A stretch of DNA of 20,000 bases from an uncultured virus (IMG/VR IMGVR_UViG_3300031688_001276) (Duplodnaviria > Heunggongvirae > Uroviricota > Caudoviricetes), in IMG/VR virus record IMGVR_UViG_3300031688_001276; one strand, given 5' to 3'. The position numbers and the translations under genes were made by a program. Shown here piece after piece: positions 9,289-17,656 of this stretch; position 1 is the stretch's first letter, and the number at the start of each line of letters is the position of its first letter. Under the pieces are notes generated by a model that saw only the letters and a list, made by a program, of their open reading frames with translations, searched no databases and had not been told where the DNA came from.

Positions 9289-9457
9289 GAAACGTATAGA
9301 ATGTGAGAAGTGTGAGGCAGTCGCGGTGATCGAGGCTGACATGGAACCACACTTTTATAATATCGAGTTCTGTCCATATTGTGGCGAGGAACTTGAACTA
9401 GAAGAGGAGTATAAAGTGAATGACGTATACCAAGAAGAATACGAAGCTAACAGTTAA
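9281..9457 (+). CDS. Small zinc-ribbon protein with acidic tail
   Basis: CEKC...CPYCG; likely GTG start at 9281 with SD GGAG at 9271-9274, overlapping the nrdB end. Confidence 0.75.
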   Translation: MVKKRIECEKCEAVAVIEADMEPHFYNIEFCPYCGEELELEEEYKVNDVYQEEYEANS

Positions 9458-9770
9458 TGATGTTGGAGGCGAAGTGGTTAAAAAGAACAGTACATATACT
9501 GTTACAGATAACACAGAGCTAAACAACCTAGTACTAAGCAGTACATTATTAAAGCCAGGTAAAGAAACAACTGGCCACATACACGAAGGACAAGAAGAAA
9601 TATACTTGTTCATTAAAGGCTCAGGTATAATGAAGATAGACGATAAAATGTCTGTAGTCAAAGAAGGTGATGTGAAACTAATATATGATGGTGCTTTTCA
9701 TAAGGTAATCAACGATAATAATGAAGAGCTATATTTTATATGTGTCTTTGATGGTGGTAGAAACCACTAA
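9420..9770 (+). CDS. Cupin-domain protein
   Basis: TTGHIHEGQEEIYLFIKGSG (HxH-x4-E) and DGAFHKVIN cupin motifs; SD GAGGAG at 9404-9409. Confidence 0.88.
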   Translation: MTYTKKNTKLTVNDVGGEVVKKNSTYTVTDNTELNNLVLSSTLLKPGKETTGHIHEGQEEIYLFIKGSGIMKIDDKMSVVKEGDVKLIYDGAFHKVINDNNEELYFICVFDGGRNH

Positions 9771-9777
9771 CAGGTTA

Positions 9778-9785
9778 TATAAATA
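9778..9785 (+). promoter_or_regulatory. T4-type late promoter TATAAATA
   Basis: Exact TATAAATA, intergenic, 5 nt before ATG 9791. Confidence 0.75.
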
Positions 9786-9790
9786 CATAT

Positions 9791-10165
9791 ATGGCAAAAA
9801 GAAAAAAGAAACCAATACAAACGCACAGAGTATATTGTACATATTTCCCAGACGGTAGATATTACATAGGATACTCTTGTAAGACAGACAAGCAATTTGA
9901 GAAGTACTTTGGTAGCTCGACTAAGATAAAAACAGTCTTAGAGGAAAGTAAAGCAGAAGGAGGGAACGCTCTCTTAGTATCTGAACTATTGACAAAGGAA
10001 GTAATAATTGAATACCCTACTAGAGCACCAGCAAAGATGCAAGAGTTCTTATTACAATGGCAACAACGACACGATGAGAACTGTATCAACGATATGTTAC
10101 ATGTAAGAATCAGAGCTAGCTTTCTAAAAGACTTTGAACCGATTAAATGGAGTCCTGATGGTTAA
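9791..10165 (+). CDS. GIY-YIG (Seg-like) nuclease, catalytic domain only
   Basis: RVY-x9-YIG, YFGSS, conserved Glu (KMQE) and Asn (NCIN); 124 aa with no C-terminal DNA-binding repeats. Confidence 0.7.
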   Translation: MAKRKKKPIQTHRVYCTYFPDGRYYIGYSCKTDKQFEKYFGSSTKIKTVLEESKAEGGNALLVSELLTKEVIIEYPTRAPAKMQEFLLQWQQRHDENCINDMLHVRIRASFLKDFEPIKWSPDG

Positions 10166-11729
10166 ACAAAGCAACATGTCATTTATTGTAATGACCTTAT
10201 TCTCTGCACTGGCAGTATCAGCAGTAGCTGCATACTTTTCTATTGTAGGGCTGATGGCAATATTTTCTGCCCTCCCCGCTTCCATTTTAGCAATGGGTAT
10301 TGTATTAGAAATAGCTAAACTTGTAACAGCATCTTGGGTGTATCAGTATTGGGAACGTATAGGGTTTCTAATGAAGACTTACATGATCCTGGCAGTTATA
10401 GTTCTATCCCTAATCACATCTATAGGCATATTTGGATTCCTCAGTAAAGCACATATGGACCAAGCAGCAAGTGCTGGTGACGCAGGAGCTGAGGTTACCA
10501 GACTAGAGGACTTGGTGGGCAGAGAGAAAGCTAAGATAGTAGCGCTCGACGATAGGATACAAAGAATAGACGATGGTGGCGTATTAGATATAACAGATTC
10601 TATACGACAACAGGAAGAGATACGAGATACGGCATGGGAAAGAATACAAGGTGACATAGAGTACTCGGAACAACAAATAGATAAGATTAGAGCTAGTTTA
10701 GACACTGATTTAGCATTACAGCAGTCAAAGATAGACGGTTTAGACGCTATAGTAGCATCTTATACTACCCAAGGTACTACTGGCGGAGCCTTTAACCGTA
10801 AGGATAATGTTGCTAAAGGATTAGAAGTAAGGGAAACACAAAAGGCAGAACGAGATACTGTTGATGATAAGATGAAAGAGTTACGAGACTATGCCGAGGC
10901 ACAGATATCAGGATATCGTAACCAAATAGTAGAATACAGAACAGCTACACAAACAACAATAGACGGCGCCAATAGTGAGATCAACAGGCTCAGAGATAGT
11001 GAGACAAACGCACAGACAGGAAGAGACGTACAGATAGATGAACTCCAAGGGCAAATAGACGCAGTTTATATTACAATATCAGATTATAACGAGAACTTAT
11101 TTGAGAAGAAATCTATTGTAAGAGAGTTAGACAATGAAGTAGGACCAGTTAAATACATAGCTCAGCTACTTTATGGAACTTCTGGTACAGCAGCGGTTGA
11201 CTCTGCCGTACAATTTGTTATAATGCTACTTATATTTGTATTTGATCCTTTAGCTATAATATTAATTATAGCAGCTAATTTAAGTTTAAAAGAAAGGAGT
11301 GGAGACAGAATTGTAGCAGTAACGACAGTACCAGATAATATTATGGATACTGTAGCTGACGAGGACATAACAACATTAGATGTTGCGCCCCCTGAAGCAG
11401 AACTTGTACCGGCTCCAGAGCATATACCTGAAGCAGGAACGTGGGCATCTAAAAAGGCATCAACCTTACTAGATCCTGAGACGGTACATTTTAAGTTAGA
11501 CGATATTGTTGGTACTAGTGATGATTTACATATTGATATGGAGTTACCATTAGATGCTACAATGCAAGGACCCATGATGCAGGGGGAGACAGTTCCTATT
11601 AAGGAGCTTGTTAAAGAACCAGAAGCATGGGTAGAAGCTAAATATGGGAGTGAGTCTGCCATGGACCCGAAGAAGGAAGTGGACTTACAGTGGTTAATAG
11701 ATAAAAAGAAAGGAGGCAACAATGCCTAA
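10158..11729 (+). CDS. Multi-pass membrane protein with long coiled coil and acidic C-terminal tail
   Basis: Three N-terminal hydrophobic segments, about 230 aa of coiled coil, EVGPVKYIA and TM LLIFVFDPLAIILIIAAN. Start likely ATG 10158 (SD GGAG) or 10176 rather than TTG 10134. Confidence 0.75.
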   Translation: MVKQSNMSFIVMTLFSALAVSAVAAYFSIVGLMAIFSALPASILAMGIVLEIAKLVTASWVYQYWERIGFLMKTYMILAVIVLSLITSIGIFGFLSKAHMDQAASAGDAGAEVTRLEDLVGREKAKIVALDDRIQRIDDGGVLDITDSIRQQEEIRDTAWERIQGDIEYSEQQIDKIRASLDTDLALQQSKIDGLDAIVASYTTQGTTGGAFNRKDNVAKGLEVRETQKAERDTVDDKMKELRDYAEAQISGYRNQIVEYRTATQTTIDGANSEINRLRDSETNAQTGRDVQIDELQGQIDAVYITISDYNENLFEKKSIVRELDNEVGPVKYIAQLLYGTSGTAAVDSAVQFVIMLLIFVFDPLAIILIIAANLSLKERSGDRIVAVTTVPDNIMDTVADEDITTLDVAPPEAELVPAPEHIPEAGTWASKKASTLLDPETVHFKLDDIVGTSDDLHIDMELPLDATMQGPMMQGETVPIKELVKEPEAWVEAKYGSESAMDPKKEVDLQWLIDKKKGGNNA

Positions 11730-12054
11730 TGTAATAGAATTTGAACCGAGACGAAACGATGACGACTATAGACGTGAGATAGAGGATCTACTTAGATCTA
11801 ATCATGGAGCGTTTACATTCCAAAAAGTAGACGGTAGCATAAGAGATATGAAAGTAACTTTAATGCCTAGCGTTTTACCTGAACAGATTAATCCTAATCC
11901 GTCTAAAGCTAAGCCTGGTATCCTAGTAATATGGGACACAGAGAATGAAGGGTGGCGCTCAATTAGATACGATAGTGTTATCAGATTCACTAGTTTAGGA
12001 CCAACAAACACACCAAAAGAACAGGTTTCAACCTGGGACAGGACAGATACTTAG
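11722..12054 (+). CDS. SH3/WYL-like beta-barrel protein (DUF2693-like)
   Basis: FTFQKVDGSIRDMKVTL...VIWDTENEGWRSIRYDSV; SD AGGAGG. Confidence 0.75.
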   Translation: MPNVIEFEPRRNDDDYRREIEDLLRSNHGAFTFQKVDGSIRDMKVTLMPSVLPEQINPNPSKAKPGILVIWDTENEGWRSIRYDSVIRFTSLGPTNTPKEQVSTWDRTDT

Positions 12055-12083
12055 TAGATTTCACCTTTTGGTCCTATAGATAC

Positions 12084-12112
12084 TTGACCTTTAGTTACAT
12101 AGGTCGTATAAT
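12084..12112 (+). promoter_or_regulatory. Sigma70-type early promoter P2
   Basis: TTGACC (12084-12089), 17 bp, TATAAT (12107-12112); shares CATAGGTCGTATAAT with P1. Confidence 0.85.
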
Positions 12113-12145
12113 TAGTACTATGAATAAAACTAAAGGAGTCCTTAA

Positions 12146-13267
12146 ATGGCATCACGATCTAAACAACGAACTCAGTACCTCATGGCTGAACCAAACTGGG
12201 CTAAATACAGCCTAGCTGAAACTGAGGAAGAACGGTACCAAGTATGGAGAGACACATCATACTTTGTACATCAAGAAATAGCAACTCGAGAGTCTTACAA
12301 AGCTTTCAGGACTTGGGTACCTAAGTCTGGTTGGAGTAAGAAAGAAATTGAGATAGCTAAAGCCTGTCCTGACTATGCTTACATATCAATAGGCGAACAT
12401 GCCTGGTTTGCAGCTAAGGTAGGCTGGATGCCACAACAACTTAGAGACTTTATCGAGAAGAAGAAACCTTACTTGATGGAACTCGGTGCTAAGGCTATCG
12501 AGGACAAAGAACAGAAGAAGGTTGTTGCTCTTGTTAAACCTAAGATTGTTAGGAACCAGCTTAACACATTGTTAGCAGCAGCTGAAGAGTCTGTTGATAA
12601 GATTATGTATGGTAAATCTTCAAGTGGTATTGAAACACTTACATCTCAAATAGGATTAAATCCTGCCGAGATGGCTGAGGCAGCTTCAGAGATAACTGGT
12701 TGGAAGGAAGAGATTGATGAACTTGTAAGGGTTCGTAAAATTAAAAACAATCGAAGTGATTGGGACGAACAACTTGTCGAAGGTTATAGTTTCCTCAACA
12801 CACCTAACACTAGAAAGATATTAGCCTTTTATAACGACGGCATCGAGGCACTACAAAAAGGACAAGCATCTAAGAAAGGTGTGAGGCGTAAGAAGCCAGT
12901 TGATCCTAGAAAGATAGTGGCAAGGCTGAGGCATTTAAAGGCTGATAAGGACTTAAAATTAGCGTCTATAAACCCCGTAGACATCTTAGGTAGTACCGAG
13001 GTGTGGACATACGATGTTAAACGTAAGAGATTAGGGCTATACACGTCTAAGGACCCTGGTGGACTTAATGTACATGGTACAAGTATACAAGGTTACGATG
13101 ACGATCTGTCTTATGAGAAGACTCTGAGGAAGCATGAAGAACAACTTGAAGGCTTCATGAAGAAAAGTAGAAAGGCAGTCCACGAGTATGTGGGTAAGAT
13201 ACGAGGCAAACAAATGAAAGTTAAGACTCGCATTAATCCTAACATGCTACTACTGAAGGTGCAATAA
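12146..13267 (+). CDS. Conserved T4-like hypothetical protein upstream of RNase H
   Basis: SD AAGGAG; C-terminal SINPVDILG..EVWTYDVKRKRLGLY...GLNVHGTSIQGYD...KTLRK domain recognised from marine T4-like phages; function unknown. Confidence 0.7.
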   Translation: MASRSKQRTQYLMAEPNWAKYSLAETEEERYQVWRDTSYFVHQEIATRESYKAFRTWVPKSGWSKKEIEIAKACPDYAYISIGEHAWFAAKVGWMPQQLRDFIEKKKPYLMELGAKAIEDKEQKKVVALVKPKIVRNQLNTLLAAAEESVDKIMYGKSSSGIETLTSQIGLNPAEMAEAASEITGWKEEIDELVRVRKIKNNRSDWDEQLVEGYSFLNTPNTRKILAFYNDGIEALQKGQASKKGVRRKKPVDPRKIVARLRHLKADKDLKLASINPVDILGSTEVWTYDVKRKRLGLYTSKDPGGLNVHGTSIQGYDDDLSYEKTLRKHEEQLEGFMKKSRKAVHEYVGKIRGKQMKVKTRINPNMLLLKVQ

Positions 13268-13268
13268 A

Positions 13269-14156
13269 ATGATAGTCATAGATTATAATCAAGTAGCAAT
13301 AGGTGCCTTCATGGCAGAGGTCCGTGGACGTTCTGATATAGATGTGAATCTACCTTTACTCAGACACATGATACTCAACACTATTAGAGCTTACAATAAG
13401 AAACATAGAGACGAGTTTGGTGAAACGGTCATTGCATGTGATAACAGACATTACTGGAGACGAGAGATATTTCCTTTTTACAAAGCTAGTAGGAAGTCAT
13501 CGAGAGAGTCTAGTGGATTAGATTGGGGTAGCATATTTGAAGCACTCAACATAGTTAGAGAAGAACTAGATGAGATCTTTCCATATGCTGTTATCAATGT
13601 CGACGGTGCAGAGGCAGATGATGTAATAGGAACACTAGCAGAACATAGTCAGACAATAGGCGAAGAGTCAGTACTGTTTGGAGACATTACACCCGATCCT
13701 TTCCTCATTATATCTGGAGATCACGACTTCCAACAACTACAAAAGTATTCTAATGTAAAACAATGGGCACCAGCACAAAAGAAATGGGTTAAGATTAAAC
13801 AACCAGCCCATGAGGTTCTACTAGAGCACATTATAAGAGGAGATAAAGGAGACGGCATACCTAACATGTTATCACCTGATAACTCTTTTGTTGATGGTAT
13901 AAGACAACGTCCTATCCGTAAAACATTAATAGCTGAATGGGTTAAGAAGAAACCAGAAGAGTTTGTTACAGGCGATATGGCAGCTGGGTATATCCGTAAC
14001 TCACAGTTAGTAGATCTAACCAAAACTCCAGAAGACATAAAAGAAGCTATTATAAATAGTTACACAGCTCAGACGGGTGGAGACAAAAGCCACTTGTTAA
14101 ACTATTTCATCAAGCATAAGATGAAACATATGATTGACGTGATAGATGAGTTTTAA
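13269..14156 (+). CDS. rnh: T4-type RNase H / 5'-3' exonuclease (FEN family)
   Basis: IVIDYNQ, ACD..HYWRR..FPFYKASR, AEADDVIG, IISGDHDFQQL, GDKGDGIPN. Confidence 0.94.
   Translation: MIVIDYNQVAIGAFMAEVRGRSDIDVNLPLLRHMILNTIRAYNKKHRDEFGETVIACDNRHYWRREIFPFYKASRKSSRESSGLDWGSIFEALNIVREELDEIFPYAVINVDGAEADDVIGTLAEHSQTIGEESVLFGDITPDPFLIISGDHDFQQLQKYSNVKQWAPAQKKWVKIKQPAHEVLLEHIIRGDKGDGIPNMLSPDNSFVDGIRQRPIRKTLIAEWVKKKPEEFVTGDMAAGYIRNSQLVDLTKTPEDIKEAIINSYTAQTGGDKSHLLNYFIKHKMKHMIDVIDEF
14051..14058 (+). promoter_or_regulatory. Candidate T4-type late promoter inside rnh, upstream of the porin gene
   Basis: Exact TATAAATA about 110 nt before ATG 14171. Confidence 0.45.
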
Positions 14157-14170
14157 CAAATAGGAAAACA

Positions 14171-14761
14171 ATGAACAAATACTTATTACTAGCTACATTA
14201 ATTGTGGCACCGTTCCAAGCAACAGCAGTGGACGTATCAGGCAACATCACAGTTGGCTCTGATTATATATGGAGAGGAGTTAGTCAGAAAGGTGGGACTG
14301 CCATATCAACAGGAATAGAGATAGAACAAAACGGTTGGTACTCAGGACTATGGGCATCTCAAGTGGACTATGGAGACAAGTCAGACTACGAGTACGATGT
14401 TTATACTGGTTACACATATCATATCAACGATGAGCTAAACGTAGACGTAGGTATAATACAATACAACTTTAACAACGAGCCAGACAATCAGCTAGAGGAA
14501 TGGTATGCAGGAGCCACGTTCAGAGGTTTCTCAGCATATTATTATGAGGATTTAGAGAGTGATGACAACCATTTTGCAGAGTATAGTTACACACTACCTC
14601 TAGACGTGGCTACCATTTCATTCTTTTACCAAGACCCACTAGATTTTAGAGGTATAAATATAAGTAAGGACATCGAGAAATATACGGTGTCAGCTACATA
14701 TGGCAAAGGTAGAGATGATAAAGAATCTGCCGGTGGTTTGAGTGTAGCATACAATTTTTAA
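14171..14761 (+). CDS. TorF/Gcw_chp-family putative outer-membrane beta-barrel (porin)
   Basis: Signal peptide MNKYLLLATLIVAPFQATA; SDYIWRGVSQ, GWYSGLWASQVD, EYDVYTGY motifs; alternating amphipathic strands; ends YNF (BAM signal). Confidence 0.85.
   Translation: MNKYLLLATLIVAPFQATAVDVSGNITVGSDYIWRGVSQKGGTAISTGIEIEQNGWYSGLWASQVDYGDKSDYEYDVYTGYTYHINDELNVDVGIIQYNFNNEPDNQLEEWYAGATFRGFSAYYYEDLESDDNHFAEYSYTLPLDVATISFFYQDPLDFRGINISKDIEKYTVSATYGKGRDDKESAGGLSVAYNF
14653..14660 (+). promoter_or_regulatory. Candidate T4-type late promoter inside the porin gene
   Basis: Exact TATAAATA about 100 nt before the next gene. Confidence 0.35.
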
Positions 14762-15303
14762 TGGAGAATAAAATGAACGCAGGATACGATGCAATAACAG
14801 ATCCCCAAGGAAAGTCTAAATTTAGACAAGTAAATGAGGCTTTTGATTGGGTGTTCGACGCACCAAAGACAGAACAAGTAGATAGACTTAAACTAATAGC
14901 TTCTAAAAATCAGACTATCGTTCCATTTGTAAGATGGGGAGTAGGAGCTGAGACAATAGAATGGAACTTGCCTGAAGGCATACCAGAGGCTACTAAACTT
15001 AAAGAGGACATGCCAGATGATATGGGTGAGTCTACTTTAACACTAGAGTTTAGACGAATTAAATCCTTTACAGACCCTACATCTAATATGGCAAACTTGC
15101 CTGAATGGAAACGTGAGATGAATTGGATGTCTATTATTGAAGGCGTACATCACAAAGAAGCAAAACTATTGACAGCGATTAAGGATGTTCAACTTTTGAA
15201 TATGTATCCTAAACTTGAAGCTATCTTAGAAGAATTGGGTATTACAGAATATGTAAAACCTAAGAAGATAAGAAAGAAGAAAGCTGTTAAGAAATCAAAG
15301 TAA
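14761..15303 (+). CDS. Conserved T4-like protein (DUF6433-like)
   Basis: WNLPEGIP...KREMNWMSIIEGVHHKEAKLL.AIKD...YP.L pattern; basic tail; TAATG-coupled. Confidence 0.7.
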   Translation: MENKMNAGYDAITDPQGKSKFRQVNEAFDWVFDAPKTEQVDRLKLIASKNQTIVPFVRWGVGAETIEWNLPEGIPEATKLKEDMPDDMGESTLTLEFRRIKSFTDPTSNMANLPEWKREMNWMSIIEGVHHKEAKLLTAIKDVQLLNMYPKLEAILEELGITEYVKPKKIRKKKAVKKSK

Positions 15304-15817
15304 CAGGGTCTGGTTTATACGGATCGTAAAACCTACCCCATTGATAACCTTCTGGTAGTGGTTGACTAACAGGTATTGTAGTAGACACATTATCAGGAGA
15401 AACACACCAACGTCTCCTCTCTTTAAAGTTAGAAGCATAAGACATTTTTATACGAGTGTCTTTGCTGTGGCTCTTTCCATACATTGGATTGTTCTGCCCA
15501 CCCCTAGTCCCACTCATAGTCTTAGATACTTTCTCTCTAAACTCTGGACCACGACCTTTACGAACTGCTGGATGATTGTTGCCTAACTTGGCTTGTCTTA
15601 TTCTCTCTAGGCCTTCAGGTGTGTGGTGTTTTGTTCTTTCACGCGCTGTATCATTTACAACGTCTAGTCCTAGGTGTAGTGCATGCTCTCTTATTTGTTC
15701 AATAGTAGAGAACCTTCTTATCAGTTCACGAGGCTTTGGAACATCCTGTACATGATTGTTGTCTACGATATATAGACTGTCTTTGTGATTGAATAAAAAG
15801 AATAACGAAGCTTTCAT
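15287..15817 (-). CDS. NUMOD3-repeat DNA-binding protein with no recognisable nuclease domain
   Basis: KHHTPEGLERIRQAKLG, GPEFREKVSKTMSG, GQNNPMYGKSHSKDTRIKMS; C-terminal PEGYQWGR; ATG 1 nt after the upstream stop. Confidence 0.75.
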   Translation of the reverse strand: MKASLFFLFNHKDSLYIVDNNHVQDVPKPRELIRRFSTIEQIREHALHLGLDVVNDTARERTKHHTPEGLERIRQAKLGNNHPAVRKGRGPEFREKVSKTMSGTRGGQNNPMYGKSHSKDTRIKMSYASNFKERRRWCVSPDNVSTTIPVSQPLPEGYQWGRFYDPYKPDPVTLIS

Positions 15818-15818
15818 A

Positions 15819-17033
15819 TTATTTGTAATAGAATTGACTTAACAGATCTTTAGGAGCAAGAGCTGTATTAGTCTTATTCCTAATAGTGAATTCTATTCTC
15901 CTGTAATCTTTTGTCTGTACTTCTACAGTTACACGTCTGGAAAATCCTTGTTTGCCACCATAATATATTCTAGGTGCTCCTATAATTTGAGAGTTAGCAC
16001 TCATGTATTGGTTTGTGGCAGGATAATGTTTAATTTGTTTTGCACCAGTATCAAATAAATGTACCATATGGAATCCATATCCTATTGCACTTTTAATAAG
16101 CTGTCCTATAGCTTGTTTATTGTAATTACTCGGTACAACATTAGCAATAGGTCTACTAGGTGTTACTTTATATCTAAAGACTTGATCGAACAAATCTAAG
16201 TCAATACCAAAGTGTTTGCACAGTTGAATGAACCCAGTTCTATGTTTATATTTCATATCAACCTGTCCTGATGCTGGGTAACCAACTAGATATGATGTGC
16301 TTAGTCCTGCACCAAAATATGATACAGTGCTACCTTTCTTCAAAGAAAGATATACAACCTTATCTGATGCGCCTTGAGCACCTGAGCCTTTAACAGTAAC
16401 ATCTGTTACAGTTGCACCTATATCAAATACAGGAGAGTTACCTACATACATACCAGTACCAGTAACATTAAGTGGACGGGATTTATTCAACGCTCCTTCA
16501 GGTACAATTATTAATTGAGAGTATTTAGTTAAATTGTACATCTCAACCAGTTCCAATATAAACTTTTCAATGTTAGGTTTTATAATTGCTCCTGGCTCGT
16601 AAGGCTCTCCTTGTTTCCATATCTCAAATGATGCTACAATATCATCCTCAAACTTGAGTCCTCTATTTTTTGCACCTTTGTTACCTCTGGAGCCATCACC
16701 AAATGTAAATCTTAAATCTGTAAGCGCTACTGGTGTGCCATCTGCCTTCTTTACATCTCTTAATGCTCTACGAATATTCTCCTGTGTCGCACCATTTGTC
16801 TGACCTTGTTTAGCAAGTACATTAACTAGAGTCTTTCTAAGTTTTATTGCTGTTGCATTGGCTACTACTGTTGGGTCAAGGGCTATAGGCAAATCTTGTT
16901 GAGAGTATTTTGTGTTTAAGTGTTGTAAGATAGCAGCTACATCATCCAATAGATTCTTATCATCCAGTGTTTTCAACTTCTTGCTATCCTTTAGTAACTC
17001 TCTTGAGTTCTTTGGGAAGTAATCATATGCCAT
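15819..17033 (-). CDS. Putative PD-(D/E)xK restriction-endonuclease-fold protein
   Basis: Helix GLKFEDDI, strand VTDVTV, then VYLSLKKG (E...D...SxK variant); SD AGGAG; 404 aa. Confidence 0.6.
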   Translation of the reverse strand: MAYDYFPKNSRELLKDSKKLKTLDDKNLLDDVAAILQHLNTKYSQQDLPIALDPTVVANATAIKLRKTLVNVLAKQGQTNGATQENIRRALRDVKKADGTPVALTDLRFTFGDGSRGNKGAKNRGLKFEDDIVASFEIWKQGEPYEPGAIIKPNIEKFILELVEMYNLTKYSQLIIVPEGALNKSRPLNVTGTGMYVGNSPVFDIGATVTDVTVKGSGAQGASDKVVYLSLKKGSTVSYFGAGLSTSYLVGYPASGQVDMKYKHRTGFIQLCKHFGIDLDLFDQVFRYKVTPSRPIANVVPSNYNKQAIGQLIKSAIGYGFHMVHLFDTGAKQIKHYPATNQYMSANSQIIGAPRIYYGGKQGFSRRVTVEVQTKDYRRIEFTIRNKTNTALAPKDLLSQFYYK

Positions 17034-17055
17034 ATTAAGTCTCCTATTTGTCCTT

Positions 17056-17084
17056 ATAATGCACTCTGGTTAACTAAATGTCAA
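17056..17084 (-). promoter_or_regulatory. Sigma70-type promoter P5 for the minus-strand operon
   Basis: On the minus strand TTGACA, 17 bp (TTTAGTTAACCAGAGTG), CATTAT; shares AGAGTGCAT with P4 and TTTAGTTA with P2. Confidence 0.7.
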
Positions 17085-17098
17085 CCTCTTTGTCTAAG

Positions 17099-17110
17099 TA
17101 TTTATAAATA
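17099..17110. promoter_or_regulatory. Overlapping divergent T4-type late promoters
   Basis: Perfect palindrome TATTTATAAATA gives TATAAATA on both strands, between divergent genes. Confidence 0.75.
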
Positions 17111-17142
17111 AGAATAGAACATATATATTAATAGGAGAGATT

Positions 17143-17634
17143 ATGTCTAAATTTAACAAACTGCTAGACGCTAAGTTCACACCACCTAAGTCGTGGTCAC
17201 TAGATGCTAGTTTAATTTTTGATAGTGATACACTTGATGAAAACGACTTGGCTTTACTTAAACAAGTAGGAGCTAATGTAACAAAAGCTGGTAAGATATC
17301 AGCAAAGAAAGGTTTCAAAACTGATTTAGCATCAGTACCAAGAATTGGATGGGCATTCATTGCACCATTTGATATTGCTAGATCAGCAGTTATACATGAT
17401 GCTTTGTACTCAGCAATCAGAGACTATAGAGTTAAAAACGGTTATGCCGTCGGCTCTAACGGCTCAGATGAGACAAAGGAATCACGTGACGTGTCTGCCC
17501 AGGCTAAACAGGTAGCAGACAAAGTGTTTCTAGAGGCTATGATGGAGTCAGATCCAAAAGTAGCATCTTGGAAGGCTTACGCTTCATACTATTCAGTAGT
17601 CCTTTTTGGACGTTGGAGCGTAATACCAAGGTAA
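17143..17634 (+). CDS. DUF1353-family protein
   Basis: KGFKTDLASVPR, SAVIHDALY, ADKVFLEAM, YYSVVLFG; SD AGGAGA. Confidence 0.85.
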   Translation: MSKFNKLLDAKFTPPKSWSLDASLIFDSDTLDENDLALLKQVGANVTKAGKISAKKGFKTDLASVPRIGWAFIAPFDIARSAVIHDALYSAIRDYRVKNGYAVGSNGSDETKESRDVSAQAKQVADKVFLEAMMESDPKVASWKAYASYYSVVLFGRWSVIPR

Positions 17635-17656
17635 TAACACCAATAGGAGGATCTAT

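Noticed and set aside
9441..9443. ACG where a cupin start MKLTVNDVGG might be expected
   Set aside because: ATG 9420 has a good SD, so no non-canonical start or mutation is needed.
11171..11722. 183-aa minus-strand ORF and other short antisense or alternate-frame ORFs in the track
   Set aside because: Nested within well-supported genes, with Ser-rich shadow composition and no expression signals.
12120..12215. 31-codon out-of-frame ORF starting at the predicted P2 +1
   Set aside because: Could be a leaderless uORF but overlaps the main gene, which has a strong SD; no independent support.
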